Positions 51,884 through 62,564 of a stretch of DNA of 64,000 nucleotides are shown in pieces. Source of the stretch: Octopus sinensis. Its lineage: Eukaryota. Location: the NCBI RefSeq assembly GCF_006345805.1, contig NC_043022.1:10168001-10232000 (forward strand), given 5' to 3'. Under the pieces are notes generated by a model that saw only the letters and a program-made list of their open reading frames with translations, made no database searches and was not told the DNA's origin. Positions within the stretch are counted from its first letter, which is position 1; each line of letters starts with the position of its first letter. A program made the position numbers and the translations under genes.

Positions 51884-52971
51884 ATTGAAATACTTTTCAC
51901 ATCTAAGATGAGCATTAATTTGGTACAATGCTGAGTATTCCAGCTGATCTAATCAGTAGTCCCACACAGGTCAAACTGAACCTGGAACCGTGTAATCACA
52001 AAGCAAGCTTTCTACTACAGAGCCACACCTGCACCTATCCTAAAAATCTATTTACATTCCTCATGTAAAGCAATTTGGAATTTCCAGTGTTCATTCAGTG
52101 TAAAGTAATTAGAGAGTTCCGCATAAGGTTAGTAAACTTCGTTAAATCAAATAAGTTAATGAGCCATAAAAAGTGTACTTCTTTGCGTCATCTTAAGGAA
52201 GGGAAAAGAAATGCATTAACATTGTTGATATTCAAAGAAATTTCTTTCTTTCAGATGATTCATTATAGCTTTTGGAATATTGCCCTAGCCTTTTACTGTC
52301 TAAGCCTGCCAAATCTGGCCCAGTTATTCTACCTGTTCTATGTTCAAACCAACCAGATCCAGCCTCTCACACCAACCCTATAATGTCATTCTAAAAATAA
52401 ACTATAATATAGAAATCTCAAAGATATGAGATAAAGTGCAGTTAATTCAAAAGGATGTAAATAAATAAGCATTATATTTGACAGAGTAATCTGAATGCTA
52501 AATGGTTAATCTGGTTTCAGTCAAGCTAAGTAAAATCACAGCCATCCATCATATATGCATGATCTTTATAGCCATGCCCCTACTCCCTCTCCCAGCTGAG
52601 AGATCTTTGTCTCGCAGGTGTTGGTGCCATGTAAAATGCACTCATGCCAGTGCCATGTAAGATGCACTTGTGTCAGTGCCACATAAGATGCACTTGTGTC
52701 AGTGACACGTAAGATGCACATGATGTGCATGCATGCCTATGTCATGTAAAATGCACTTATGTTGGTCCCACATAAATACACCATGCTGGTGGCACGTAAA
52801 AAGCACCCAGCACGATCTGTGAAGTGGTTGGCATTAGGAAGGGAACCCAGCCATAGAAACCATGCTGAAGCAGACAAACAGAGCCTGGTGCAGCTCTCAG
52901 GCTGGCCAGCTTCTGTCAAACTATCCAATCCATGTCACCCTGAAAAACAGATGTTAAATGATGACGATAAC

Positions 52972-53012
<41 letters not shown>

Positions 53013-53688
53013 GTTTTAGTTTATTGAAGTCAGTCAATAGTTAGTACCTACACTACTTTGACCAAGTGTTATCTATAAAAGCCTTGGGTTGACCAAAGTC
53101 TTGAATGGAATTCAGCATACAGAAATTACATGGAAATCTGTCGAGTGGTTGTCCCTAACCACTGCTTGACAACTGCTGTTGGTTTGTTTACATCTCCATA
53201 ACTTAGCAAAAGAGAATGATAAACTAAGTAGAAGACTTAAAAAAGAATAACAAGTACTGGGGATGATTTGTTTGACTAAAACTCTTCAAGGCTGTGCCCC
53301 AGCTGGGCCACAGCCCACTGACTGAAACAAAAGGTAAAAGATATAGTAGCATATAGGCGCAGGAGTGGGTGTGTGGTAAGTAGCTTGCTTACGAACCACA
53401 TGGTTCTGGGTTCAGTCCCACTACGTGGCACCTTGGGCAAGTGTCTTCTACTATAGCCTCGGGCCGACCAAAACCTTGTGAATGGATTTGGTAGACGGAA
53501 ACTGAAAGAAGTCCATCGTATATATGTATAGATATATATATATGTACATTCCTTTATGTACACTGATTTGTTCTCCTTTTTTATGTTTAACCCTACAGTC
53601 TCTTAAGTTGTGGTTTAATAAAGTATGTGATTAAGTATTATCGGATAATTGATATTTGATTTAGATGTATTTCTCCATTTTCTTATCT

Positions 53689-53740
<52 letters not shown>

Positions 53741-54329
53741 CATGTATGTTTGTGTGTCTGTGTTTGTCCCCCTAGCATTGCTTGACAACCGATGCTGGTG
53801 TGTTTATGTCCCCGTCACTTAGCAGTTTGGCAAAAGAGACCGATGGAATAAGTACTGGCCTTACAAAGAATAAGTCCCGGGGTCGAGTTGCTCGATTTAA
53901 GGCGGTGCTCCAGCATTGCCCCAGTCAAATGACTGAAACAAGTAAAAGAGTATAGAGAGTATCATTTGTCCATTTAGTGTCTGTCTTCATGTGCTAGCAT
54001 GGCTTGGATGGGAGTTGGTTTTGATGCGAGGGATTTATAGCTAGATGCTCTTCCTGAGGTTAACCCTCACTGGTTGTTTTCCAAGTAAGGGATATTTGTG
54101 CTTCTTCTACAGATCTTTGAAAATACAGAGTGACTACTATTATGTCAATAAGGAATGCAAGCATCACTGTTTTGCTCAGATGATGATAAGCGAAATACCA
54201 ACATTCACACTCACATACACACAATATATATATATACACAGACATACTTATATACATACATACCTATATATATATATATATACATTATACATATATATAC
54301 TATATATATATAAATATATGTATGTATAT

Positions 54330-54632
54330 CACCGTGATCGACCAGGTTATCGGATGTTGCTACACATCGCTGGTCACAATGCACTTCGCATTGTTTTAGC
54401 CTTCAAATGATGCCACCCCACTGGCTAGGTGAACAGGCCAACAAAAGAAAGAGTGAGAGAAAGTTGTGGCGAAAGAGAAACAGCAGGGATCGTCACCACC
54501 CCCTGCCGGAGCCTCATTGAGTTTTGGGTGTTTTCGCTCAATAAACACTCACAATGCCCGATCTGGGAATCGAAACCGCGATCCTACAACCGCGAGTCCA
54601 CTGCCCTAACCACTGGGCCATTGCGCCTCCAC
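54330..54632 (-). mobile_element. Full-length tRNA-derived SINE with an RTE-like tail
   Basis: Head ggaggcgcaatggcccagtggttagggcag..ggtttcgattccc. Tail ctggtcgatcacggtgata resembles the RTE tail at 5281-5306. Confidence 0.8.
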
Positions 54633-54658
54633 TTGTATGTATATGTATGTATATATAT

Positions 54659-54709
<51 letters not shown>

Positions 54710-54911
54710 TGAGAGAAAATCCACTAAAGTGGACGCCACTTTAGTGGATTCTATCTCATATGTGTATTAATAATACTTACTGAATCTCAGTTTTTTATGC
54801 GCTAAACCACTGGTGTTAAATTGATGTTATTAAATTAATATACAATTTTTTCACCCTCATTTTGATATATATATATACGTATGTATATATATATACGTAT
54901 GTATATATATA

Positions 54912-54955
<44 letters not shown>

Positions 54956-55113
54956 GTATGTATGTATATATATATGCCCCATGGTCTTAACTTCAACCGT
55001 GCTCTTTCTGTTGTGATTTTTGCTACCCAGGTATCGGTTATCATTTGAATTATCCGTAATAAGATAATTCATTTATCTACTTCAATAATTATATATATAT
55101 ATATATATGTATG

Positions 55114-55145
<32 letters not shown>

Positions 55146-55403
55146 CATAAATTCATGTGTACATACACATAAAGCATTTAATGTGCAATGAACTGATAAG
55201 GAAGGTAGAAATAATGAGAAGTATGTTCCCATTTCTGACCCATCTCCCTCCTTACTTCTCTCTCTCTCCCTCTCTTCTCTCTCTCTCCCTCCCTCCCTTC
55301 TCTTTCTCTCCCTCTCTTCTCTCTCTTTACCTCCTCACTTATTAATAACTTCTACTCTCCTCAAAAACCCATAAACACACACACAAATTCTTTCTCGTCC
55401 CTC

Positions 55404-55439
<36 letters not shown>

Positions 55440-55794
55440 ATAATTAATAACAGCTCTCAGAGTGCCAAATATTGGAGGAGAATGACTACAACAGTAACAG
55501 CAACCATAACTACAGCATTACAACAAGAACCTTATAGATTCTGCCACCAATATTTCAACTATTCATGTTTCTCACAGTAGCAAAGTCTCTTCTACCTTCT
55601 CTCCAATGTTTATCATTAAAAGCTTCTCACCTTCTTAGTGCCACTGCTTATCGTCAAAATCACCTACATTTTAGACGTGGAAAAATTAGCATTAACATGA
55701 TAATTATAGTGAAGATAATATTAATTAATTGAGACTAAACCATAGCAAGGATAGTGTGGGAACTTGTGTCAATAGCAGGCTGGTGGGTTTAAAA

Positions 55795-55971
55795 CAAAGG
55801 TTCCTAATCCATTTTGGCCAAAGGGCCCCCTTTTGTCCCTTGGAGTCACAAATGCCACCCCCAGAAAATATTTTTATTTTTCAATATACTACTTATTTTC
55901 ATATCAGTGGATAATGATTAAAAAATAAAGGACGTTGTTTTACAATGGTGAGGAGGACAAACATAGACACC

Positions 55972-56008
<37 letters not shown>

Positions 56009-56269
56009 CACACACACACACATATGATGGGCTTCTTTCAGATTCTGTTAACACAGTCGGAAGTACAGATGTATAAAGTGAAATGCGAAAAAACGAAATA
56101 ACGAATTGAAAGATTGGTAATTGCGTTTATTTCCACCATGTGACACTTATGAGATCAACGTGTTGTCTATCGAAAGAGTGCCCTTTGCTCCAAAACGCCC
56201 CCCCCCCCATGAACTCCAAATGGCCCCGTTTGGGCATATGCCTCCCCCCCCCCCTATTGGGAACCTTTG
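55795..56269. mobile_element. Non-autonomous hAT element
   Basis: TIR caaaggttcc(t/c)aat. 8-bp TSD gtttaaaa / atttaaaa. Confidence 0.8.
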
Positions 56270-56467
56270 ATTTAAAACAACAGATGACCAAATCTGTACC
56301 CTGCCTGTCAGGGACCATCCACTCCCCAAACAAAACCACTGATGGTTGTGTGTGAAGGAAGTGCTCAGGGTGTTGTTTATTGAGCTGGTGGAGCAACGAG
56401 GAGGATACTATTGATGGTTGTCTTGGTAAATAAAGTCAGAATGGATAATGGATGGATGTAGTTAAGT

Positions 56468-56502
<35 letters not shown>

Positions 56503-56873
56503 TCTTTTACTTGTTTTAGTCATTTGGACTGCAGTCATGCTGGAGCACCATCTTGAGGGTTTTAAGACCTCAGGACTTATTCTTTGTAAGCCTAGTATCT
56601 ATTCTGCCAGTCTCTTTTGCCAAACTGCTTAGTTACGGGACCGTAAACACACCAACATCGGTTGTCAAGCAATGGTGAGGAGGACAAACACAGACACACA
56701 CTCACACACATGATGGGCTTCTTTCAGTTTCTGTCAACCAGATTTACTTGCAAGGCTTTGGTCGGCCTGAGGGTATAGTAGAAGACACTTGCCCAAGGTG
56801 TCATGCAGTGGGACTGAACTTAGAATCATGTGGTTGGGAAGCAAGTTTCTTATCATGCAGTCATGCCTGTACC

Positions 56874-56935
<62 letters not shown>

Positions 56936-56954
56936 GTATGTGTGTGTGCGGAGG

Positions 56955-57361
56955 TACGTGGTTTATTGGTTAAGGTGTCAGCATCATGATCATAAGATTG
57001 TGGTTTCAGTTCCTGGACCAGGTGATGCGTTGTGTTCTTGAACAAAACACTTCACTTCACATTGCTCCAGTCCACTCAGCTGACAAAAATGTATAATACT
57101 GTGATGGATTGGTGTCCCATCCCAGTGGGGAATTTATATCCCACTGAAACCGTGAAACTGACCCTTATGAGCCTGGCATGGCTTGAGAAGGGAACATTTT
57201 TTTAAATATATATATATATATATACATTTTTGTCAGCTGAATGGACTGGAGCAATGTGAAGTGAAGTGTTTTGTTCAAGAACACAACGCATCACCTAGTC
57301 CAGGAACTGAAACCACAATCTTATGATCATGATGCTGACACCCTAACCAATAAACCACGTA
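56955..57361. repeat. 141-bp inverted duplication of a SINE 5' part, 125-bp spacer
   Basis: Arms 56955-57095 and 57221-57361, with 3 mismatches. Confidence 0.92.
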
Positions 57362-57384
57362 TATATATTTATACACATATATAT

Positions 57385-57766
57385 ATATTAATAGTTATTG
57401 CCAAGCTAACATGGCAGTCCAGATAAATAGGATGAATGCTGCCATTGATTAGCTCCAAGAGGCCATCGCCTCTAGCTAGCTATGTGACACACAAACCTGT
57501 GTCCATTATAACCTTCGAACAGGGGAGGTCAGCAGCTTCCCCTTGCTGGTACTCCAGCTGGCCTCACTGCTGACCGACTGTTCGAAGGATTATTTACCTA
57601 AATTCAGTGGAATACATCCACTGGTTTTGAAAAATAGAAATATCATTGTTTCTAATTCTCTCTAAAGGAGACTACGACAGCGGTACTGGATATTAATAGT
57701 TATCGCCAAGCTAACATGACAGTCCAGAAAAATAGGACGAATGCTGTTGTTGATTAGCTCCAAGAG
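57385..57766. mobile_element. 305-bp unit bounded by 77-bp direct repeats (pLTR/retrozyme-like layout)
   Basis: Direct repeats 57385-57461 and 57690-57766. Internal hairpin 57512-57588. A homologous fragment lies at ~31345-31400. Confidence 0.65.
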
Positions 57767-60015
57767 TTGATTACATCATTTGCAATGCTTAACTACTGCT
57801 TAATTTATCGACTCCGAAAGGATGAAAGGTAAAGTTAGCCCTAGTGAAATTTGAACCTGGAACGTAAAGATGGATGAAATGCTGCTATGCATTTTGTCTA
57901 GGATGCTAATGATTCTGCCAATTCTCCACCTTAACAATAATCTGTTCTGCTATTGGCACAAGGCCTGAAATTTTTTTGGGGGTGGACTAGTTGATTAGAT
58001 CGACCCCGAAAGAATGAAAGGCAAAGTCGACCTTGGTGGAATTTGAACTCAGAACCTAAAGATGGACACAGTACCACTAAGCATTTTGTCCAGCACAGTA
58101 ATGATTCTGCCAACTCGCCGCCTTCACATTAACAATAATGGTAATGATAATTTCAAGTTTTGGCACAAGGCCAGCAATTTTGGGGAAAGTTGTTGAGTCG
58201 ATTACTTTAAGTCCAGTAACCGACTAATGCTTAGTTTATTGGCCCTCAAAGGATGAAAGGCAAAGTTGACACTGGTGGAATTTGAACTCAGAACAAAAAG
58301 ATGGATGAAATGCTGCTAAGTATTTTACCTGTCATGCTAAATGATTCTGCCAGCTTGCCACCCGACAACAGCATCACTAATATTACTTTATGTTTAGAGT
58401 AGCATAGGGTAAGAGTTAAAGACCCTCTTCGGTCAATGTGAAATGAAGTATCTTGCTCAAGAATACAACACACAGTCCAGACAAGGAATTGAGCACTTTC
58501 CCTCATGGTTGTGATCCTTATGCTCTAACCACTGAGCCACGTGCCTTCATATACAGTAGCCTACAACATGGCTTTAGTATTTAGTTATGTCCCTTTGTAT
58601 TCTGATCTCTTATTTCAGTGGCCTTGGAAGGGTGACTGGCTCAAATTTGCCATTCATCTTTACAATAAATACCAGTGAACCACTAGGACAACTATCAACA
58701 TCTGTGGCTCTCCACCAGAATTTGAAGACTTGTGTCCAAACCTTTACTGTTTGTCTTCATCTTGCATAACACAGGTTCATGAAGGGATCGATATATTTAA
58801 TCAGTGAAGCATTAGAAAAGCATCTATTCGTGCAGAAATAGCAGCTATGACCTCAAGAACTTCACTGCCATCCTCAGACCATCTGTTGGGATGCAAGCGT
58901 TAACAAGGAATGCTGAAGAACAGTTTGGCCACTCTCCTATAGTGACCACAACAAGAACCTGCAATCATGCCAGTGAAATATATAATTAATTGAATCATAA
59001 CTTATTTTAATTGCAGGTAATATTATAAAATTAATTAGTTATAAACATTGTTTCATGGGAAAAGGCAATTTTAAGTCAGTGACTAATATTTCAATTAATT
59101 TTGCGAGTAATGGGTGACAAGTCCAAACAAGTTCAGGCGTTCACTGTACTTGCCAAAGTAGTTGGGAGAAATTCTTCACTAAATAATTGCATACACAAAT
59201 GTATATTACACTGGTTGGCATTGGGAACAAGAGTTGTTTAGCGGATGGGGAACTCAGACACGCCATCTGCAACAAATGCAATATATATATATATATATTT
59301 CTTTCTTTATATATATATACATACACAATGCACCTCCTTTAGTGTCCATCTACCTAATCCACTCACAATGCTTTGGTTGGCCTGAGGATCTAATAGAAGA
59401 TGCTTGCCAAAGGTGCTACATAGTGGGACTGAACCTAAGACTACATGGTTGGGAAGCATGTTTCTTAACCACACTGCTATGCCTTCGTATAAATAAGTGT
59501 ATAAATACACATTTTGTTTTTTGTCCTTGTAACTACATTTTCATCTTCAACCAAAGTTCAAATAACATTTGAAAATTTCACAAAGTCATGCTTTTTACCA
59601 ATGCTACTTCCATTGTTGTTTATTTCCATATTTTATTCCCATTCAATAAATTCTTTTCCTTATTAGCATTGTACACATTCATTCTCTGCCAACTTTTCAA
59701 AGCCATGCATATTTTCCTTTGTTTCCTCTGTTTTATTATACAATATATATATATATATAAGTGGAGGCACAATGGTCCAGTGGTTTGGGCAGTGGAATCG
59801 CAGTTTTACTTCCCAGACCAGGCGTTAATTTCATGAGCAAGCTTTTCCGTTGATCAGATCAGCCCAAACCCTCATCGTCGTACCCGACCGAGTGCCGCAT
59901 ATATATATATATATATATATATAGTCAATTTAGGGTAGCAAAAAAATTCAATAGAAATTTATCGCTACCAGTGGCCTGGTGGAAAAGAGAAAATAGTCAT
60001 CGACTAAATATATAA

Positions 60016-60533
60016 ATATAACAATTTAGGAGTGACCCTAACAGGTCACTCGTCCACCAGAAAGAGCAGCCATAACTCACACCGCCAAGTAGTAGTAATT
60101 CAGAAATAAGGTGAAAATTTAAAAACATTTACCCTAATTCATCTTTTAGACGTTGCAACGTTTCTGTGTCATTAATGATTAAATTAGCTTAATTAAATTA
60201 AATTAAGCTAATCTACCATAGGTTACGTCATACGTCAGTCTTGAAAATTTTAAGACAGATATTCCGTAGGCATCGATACAGACGCCTCGTGTATATTTGT
60301 CTCTCCCAGGTTTTTTACTGATGAAGTGTAACCTATGGTAGATTAGCTTAATTTAATTTAATTAAGCTAATTTAATCATTAATGACACAGAAACGTTGCA
60401 ACGTCTAAAAGATGAATTAGGGTAAATGTTTTTAAATTTTCACCTTATTTCTGAATTACTACTACTTGGCGGTGTGAGTTATGGCTGCTCTTTCTGGTGG
60501 ACGAGTGACCTGTTAGGGTCACTCCTAAATTGT

Positions 60534-60538
<5 letters not shown>
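60016..60538. repeat. Perfect 211-bp inverted repeat (Penelope-like pLTR plus inverted truncated copy)
   Basis: Arms 60016-60226 and 60328-60538, 101-bp spacer. Both outer ends abut TA-rich tracts. Confidence 0.92.
60312..60411 (+). ncRNA. Type I hammerhead ribozyme, canonical core, 65-nt extended stem II
   Basis: tttta CTGATGA(60318-24) a-gtgt...acac-a GAAA(60390-93) cgttgcaacg TC(60404-05) taaaa. Stem III ACGTTGCAACGT is a perfect palindrome. Confidence 0.78.
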
Positions 60539-60566
<28 letters not shown>

Positions 60567-60634
60567 GTAGGTCCCGGGTTGAGTCGGGGTTAACCACAGT
60601 AAATAAGGTACTCAATACATAGCAGAGTAAATTA

Positions 60635-60765
60635 ATTTATTTTATAGAAGGAGCTTCTACAGGACTAGAACTGTTTCATTCAAAAGAATCATCAGGAAGC
60701 TTCCTGATGATTTCTTTTGAATGAAACAGTTCTAGTCCTGTAGAAGCTCCTTCTATAAAATAAAT
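60635..60765. ncRNA. Loopless palindrome encoding a hammerhead on each strand (unit 1)
   Basis: Plus strand: agcttc CTGATGA t ttc tttt gaa t GAAA cag ttctagtc ctg TA gaagct (60698-60748). A mirror copy is on the minus strand. Confidence 0.78.
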
Positions 60766-61059
60766 ATATATACATACATACATACATACATACATACATA
60801 CATGTATATCTATATCCTTGTTGCTTATTTTGATTCTAATCACCTCTTATTTTGAAATTTTATGGATAATACCGTATTAAATTCTGGTGCCTCAACTTAA
60901 GTATTATATTCATCTGAATCTAAATTTTTGCTGAATCATATATATATATATATATAAAGTTAATCCAAACATGAAAACACAAAGAGAAAACACAACAATG
61001 TGAGGACGTGGAACAAATATAGTATTATTGGACGCTCAGGAAGGAAGGGAAGAAGGAGG

Positions 61060-61094
61060 GTTTAACGTTTCGAGCGAAGCTCTTCGTCAGAAAC
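61060..61094 (-). ncRNA. Minimal hammerhead with canonical CUGACGA core (unit 1)
   Basis: gttt CTGACGA a gagc ttc gctc GAAA cgt t aaac. ACGU palindrome requires a dimer. Confidence 0.65.
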
Positions 61095-61273
61095 ATAGGA
61101 AACGGAAAGATCCAGAGAAGGGAAGACGAAGGAAAAAAATTTGCCAACAGTACACACGCAGTCACATATATATAAATTTTTGATAAATTTTTCTTGAGAA
61201 CATTTCTTAGTGGTAAGACCATAGCGGATCTACTTCTAGCATAAGGGTTGTCCACATAGTGGTCATCCCTCTC

Positions 61274-61304
<31 letters not shown>

Positions 61305-61380
61305 ATACATATGTAGGTCCCGGGTTGAGTCGGGGTTAACCACAGTAAATAAGGTACTCAATACATAGCAGAGTAAATTA

Positions 61381-61512
61381 ATTTATTTTATAGAAGGAGC
61401 TTCTACAGGACTAGAACTGTTTCATTCAAAAGAAATCATCAGGAAGCTTCCTGATGATTTCTTTTGAATGAAACAGTTCTAGTCCTGTAGAAGCTCCTTC
61501 TATAAAATAAAT
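61381..61512. ncRNA. Perfect 132-bp palindrome encoding a hammerhead on each strand (unit 2)
   Basis: Centre AAGCTT 61444-61449. Plus HHR 61445-61495, minus HHR 61448-61398. Confidence 0.8.
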
Positions 61513-61806
61513 ATATATACATACATACATACATACATACATACATACATGTATATCTATATCCTTGTTGCTTATTTTGATTCTAATCACCTCTTATTTT
61601 GAAATTTTATGGATAATACCGTATTAAATTCTGGTGCCTCAACTTAAGTATTATATTCATCTGAATCTAAATTTTTGCTGAATCATATATATATATATAT
61701 ATAAAGTTAATCCAAACATGAAAACACAAAGAGAAAACACAACAATGTGAGGACGTGGAACAAATATAGTATTATTGGACGCTCAGGAAGGAAGGGAAGA
61801 AGGAGG

Positions 61807-61841
61807 GTTTAACGTTTCGAGCGAAGCTCTTCGTCAGAAAC
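61807..61841 (-). ncRNA. Minimal hammerhead with canonical CUGACGA core (unit 2)
   Basis: Identical to 61060-61094. Confidence 0.65.
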
Positions 61842-62031
61842 ATAGGAAACGGAAAGATCCAGAGAAGGGAAGACGAAGGAAAAAAATTTGCCAACAGTAC
61901 ACACGCAGTCACATATATATAAATTTTTGATAAATTTTTCTTGAGAACATTTCTTAGTGGTAAGACCATAGCGGATCTACTTCTAGCATAAGGGTTGTCC
62001 ACATAGTGGTCATCCCTCTCATATGTATATG

Positions 62032-62070
<39 letters not shown>

Positions 62071-62522
62071 AAAAGATATTGTTTCATTATTTAGTAGTAA
62101 TTTCAAAAGATTTAATTACAAAACTATAATAAACAAGCACCCCAACACATTAATTTGGTGTAGAAAAATAAAAAGCGTCGCCTGTCAAATGTATTACTTT
62201 TGTCCTTTATTGAAATAACACTCGTCACATAAGAATCGCTTCGGGCCAAAAGCTGACATTGCATTCAAAAGGTTTTGTGATGGAGTGACATCTATCATTG
62301 TTGTCATCACCATCATCAGCACTATCATTGTCATCATCATTGTCATTATCATGATCACTACCACCACCACCACCATCATCATCATTCCCTCTCCTCATCA
62401 TCATCATCGTTTTTCCTACCCACCTTGCCCTCCTTGCATTTGGTCACAGAATTCATTGACACAAATATTTTCCCCTTTTTTTTATGCTTTCCCTGTTACC
62501 ATCCCACCCCCGACATACACAC

Positions 62523-62564
62523 CTGATTCTTAGCAAGGTCATATATTTCATCGTGGTCGGACAT
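62523..62564 (-). CDS. Candidate first coding exon MSDHDEIYDLAKNQ
   Basis: caaaaacATG context, in-frame upstream stop, donor CAG|gtgtgt, phase 0. Confidence 0.35.

Larger units (their letters stand above)
60561..62052. repeat. Tandem dimer of a 746/747-bp unit containing HHR-bearing pLTRs
   Basis: Units 60561-61306 and 61307-62052 differ by one A indel (~60688), apart from the terminal microsatellite. Confidence 0.9.

Noticed and set aside
58600-58970. Unique, moderately GC-rich stretch resembling an exon
   Set aside because: All six frames are interrupted and no protein is recognised.
59150-59266. Strong minus-strand acceptor (ttgttgcag|ATG)
   Set aside because: No convincing donor or recognisable peptide; left unannotated.
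62190-62290. Zinc-finger-like words (KPFECNV, KRFLCDEC)
   Set aside because: They lie in different frames, with no complete C2H2 motif.
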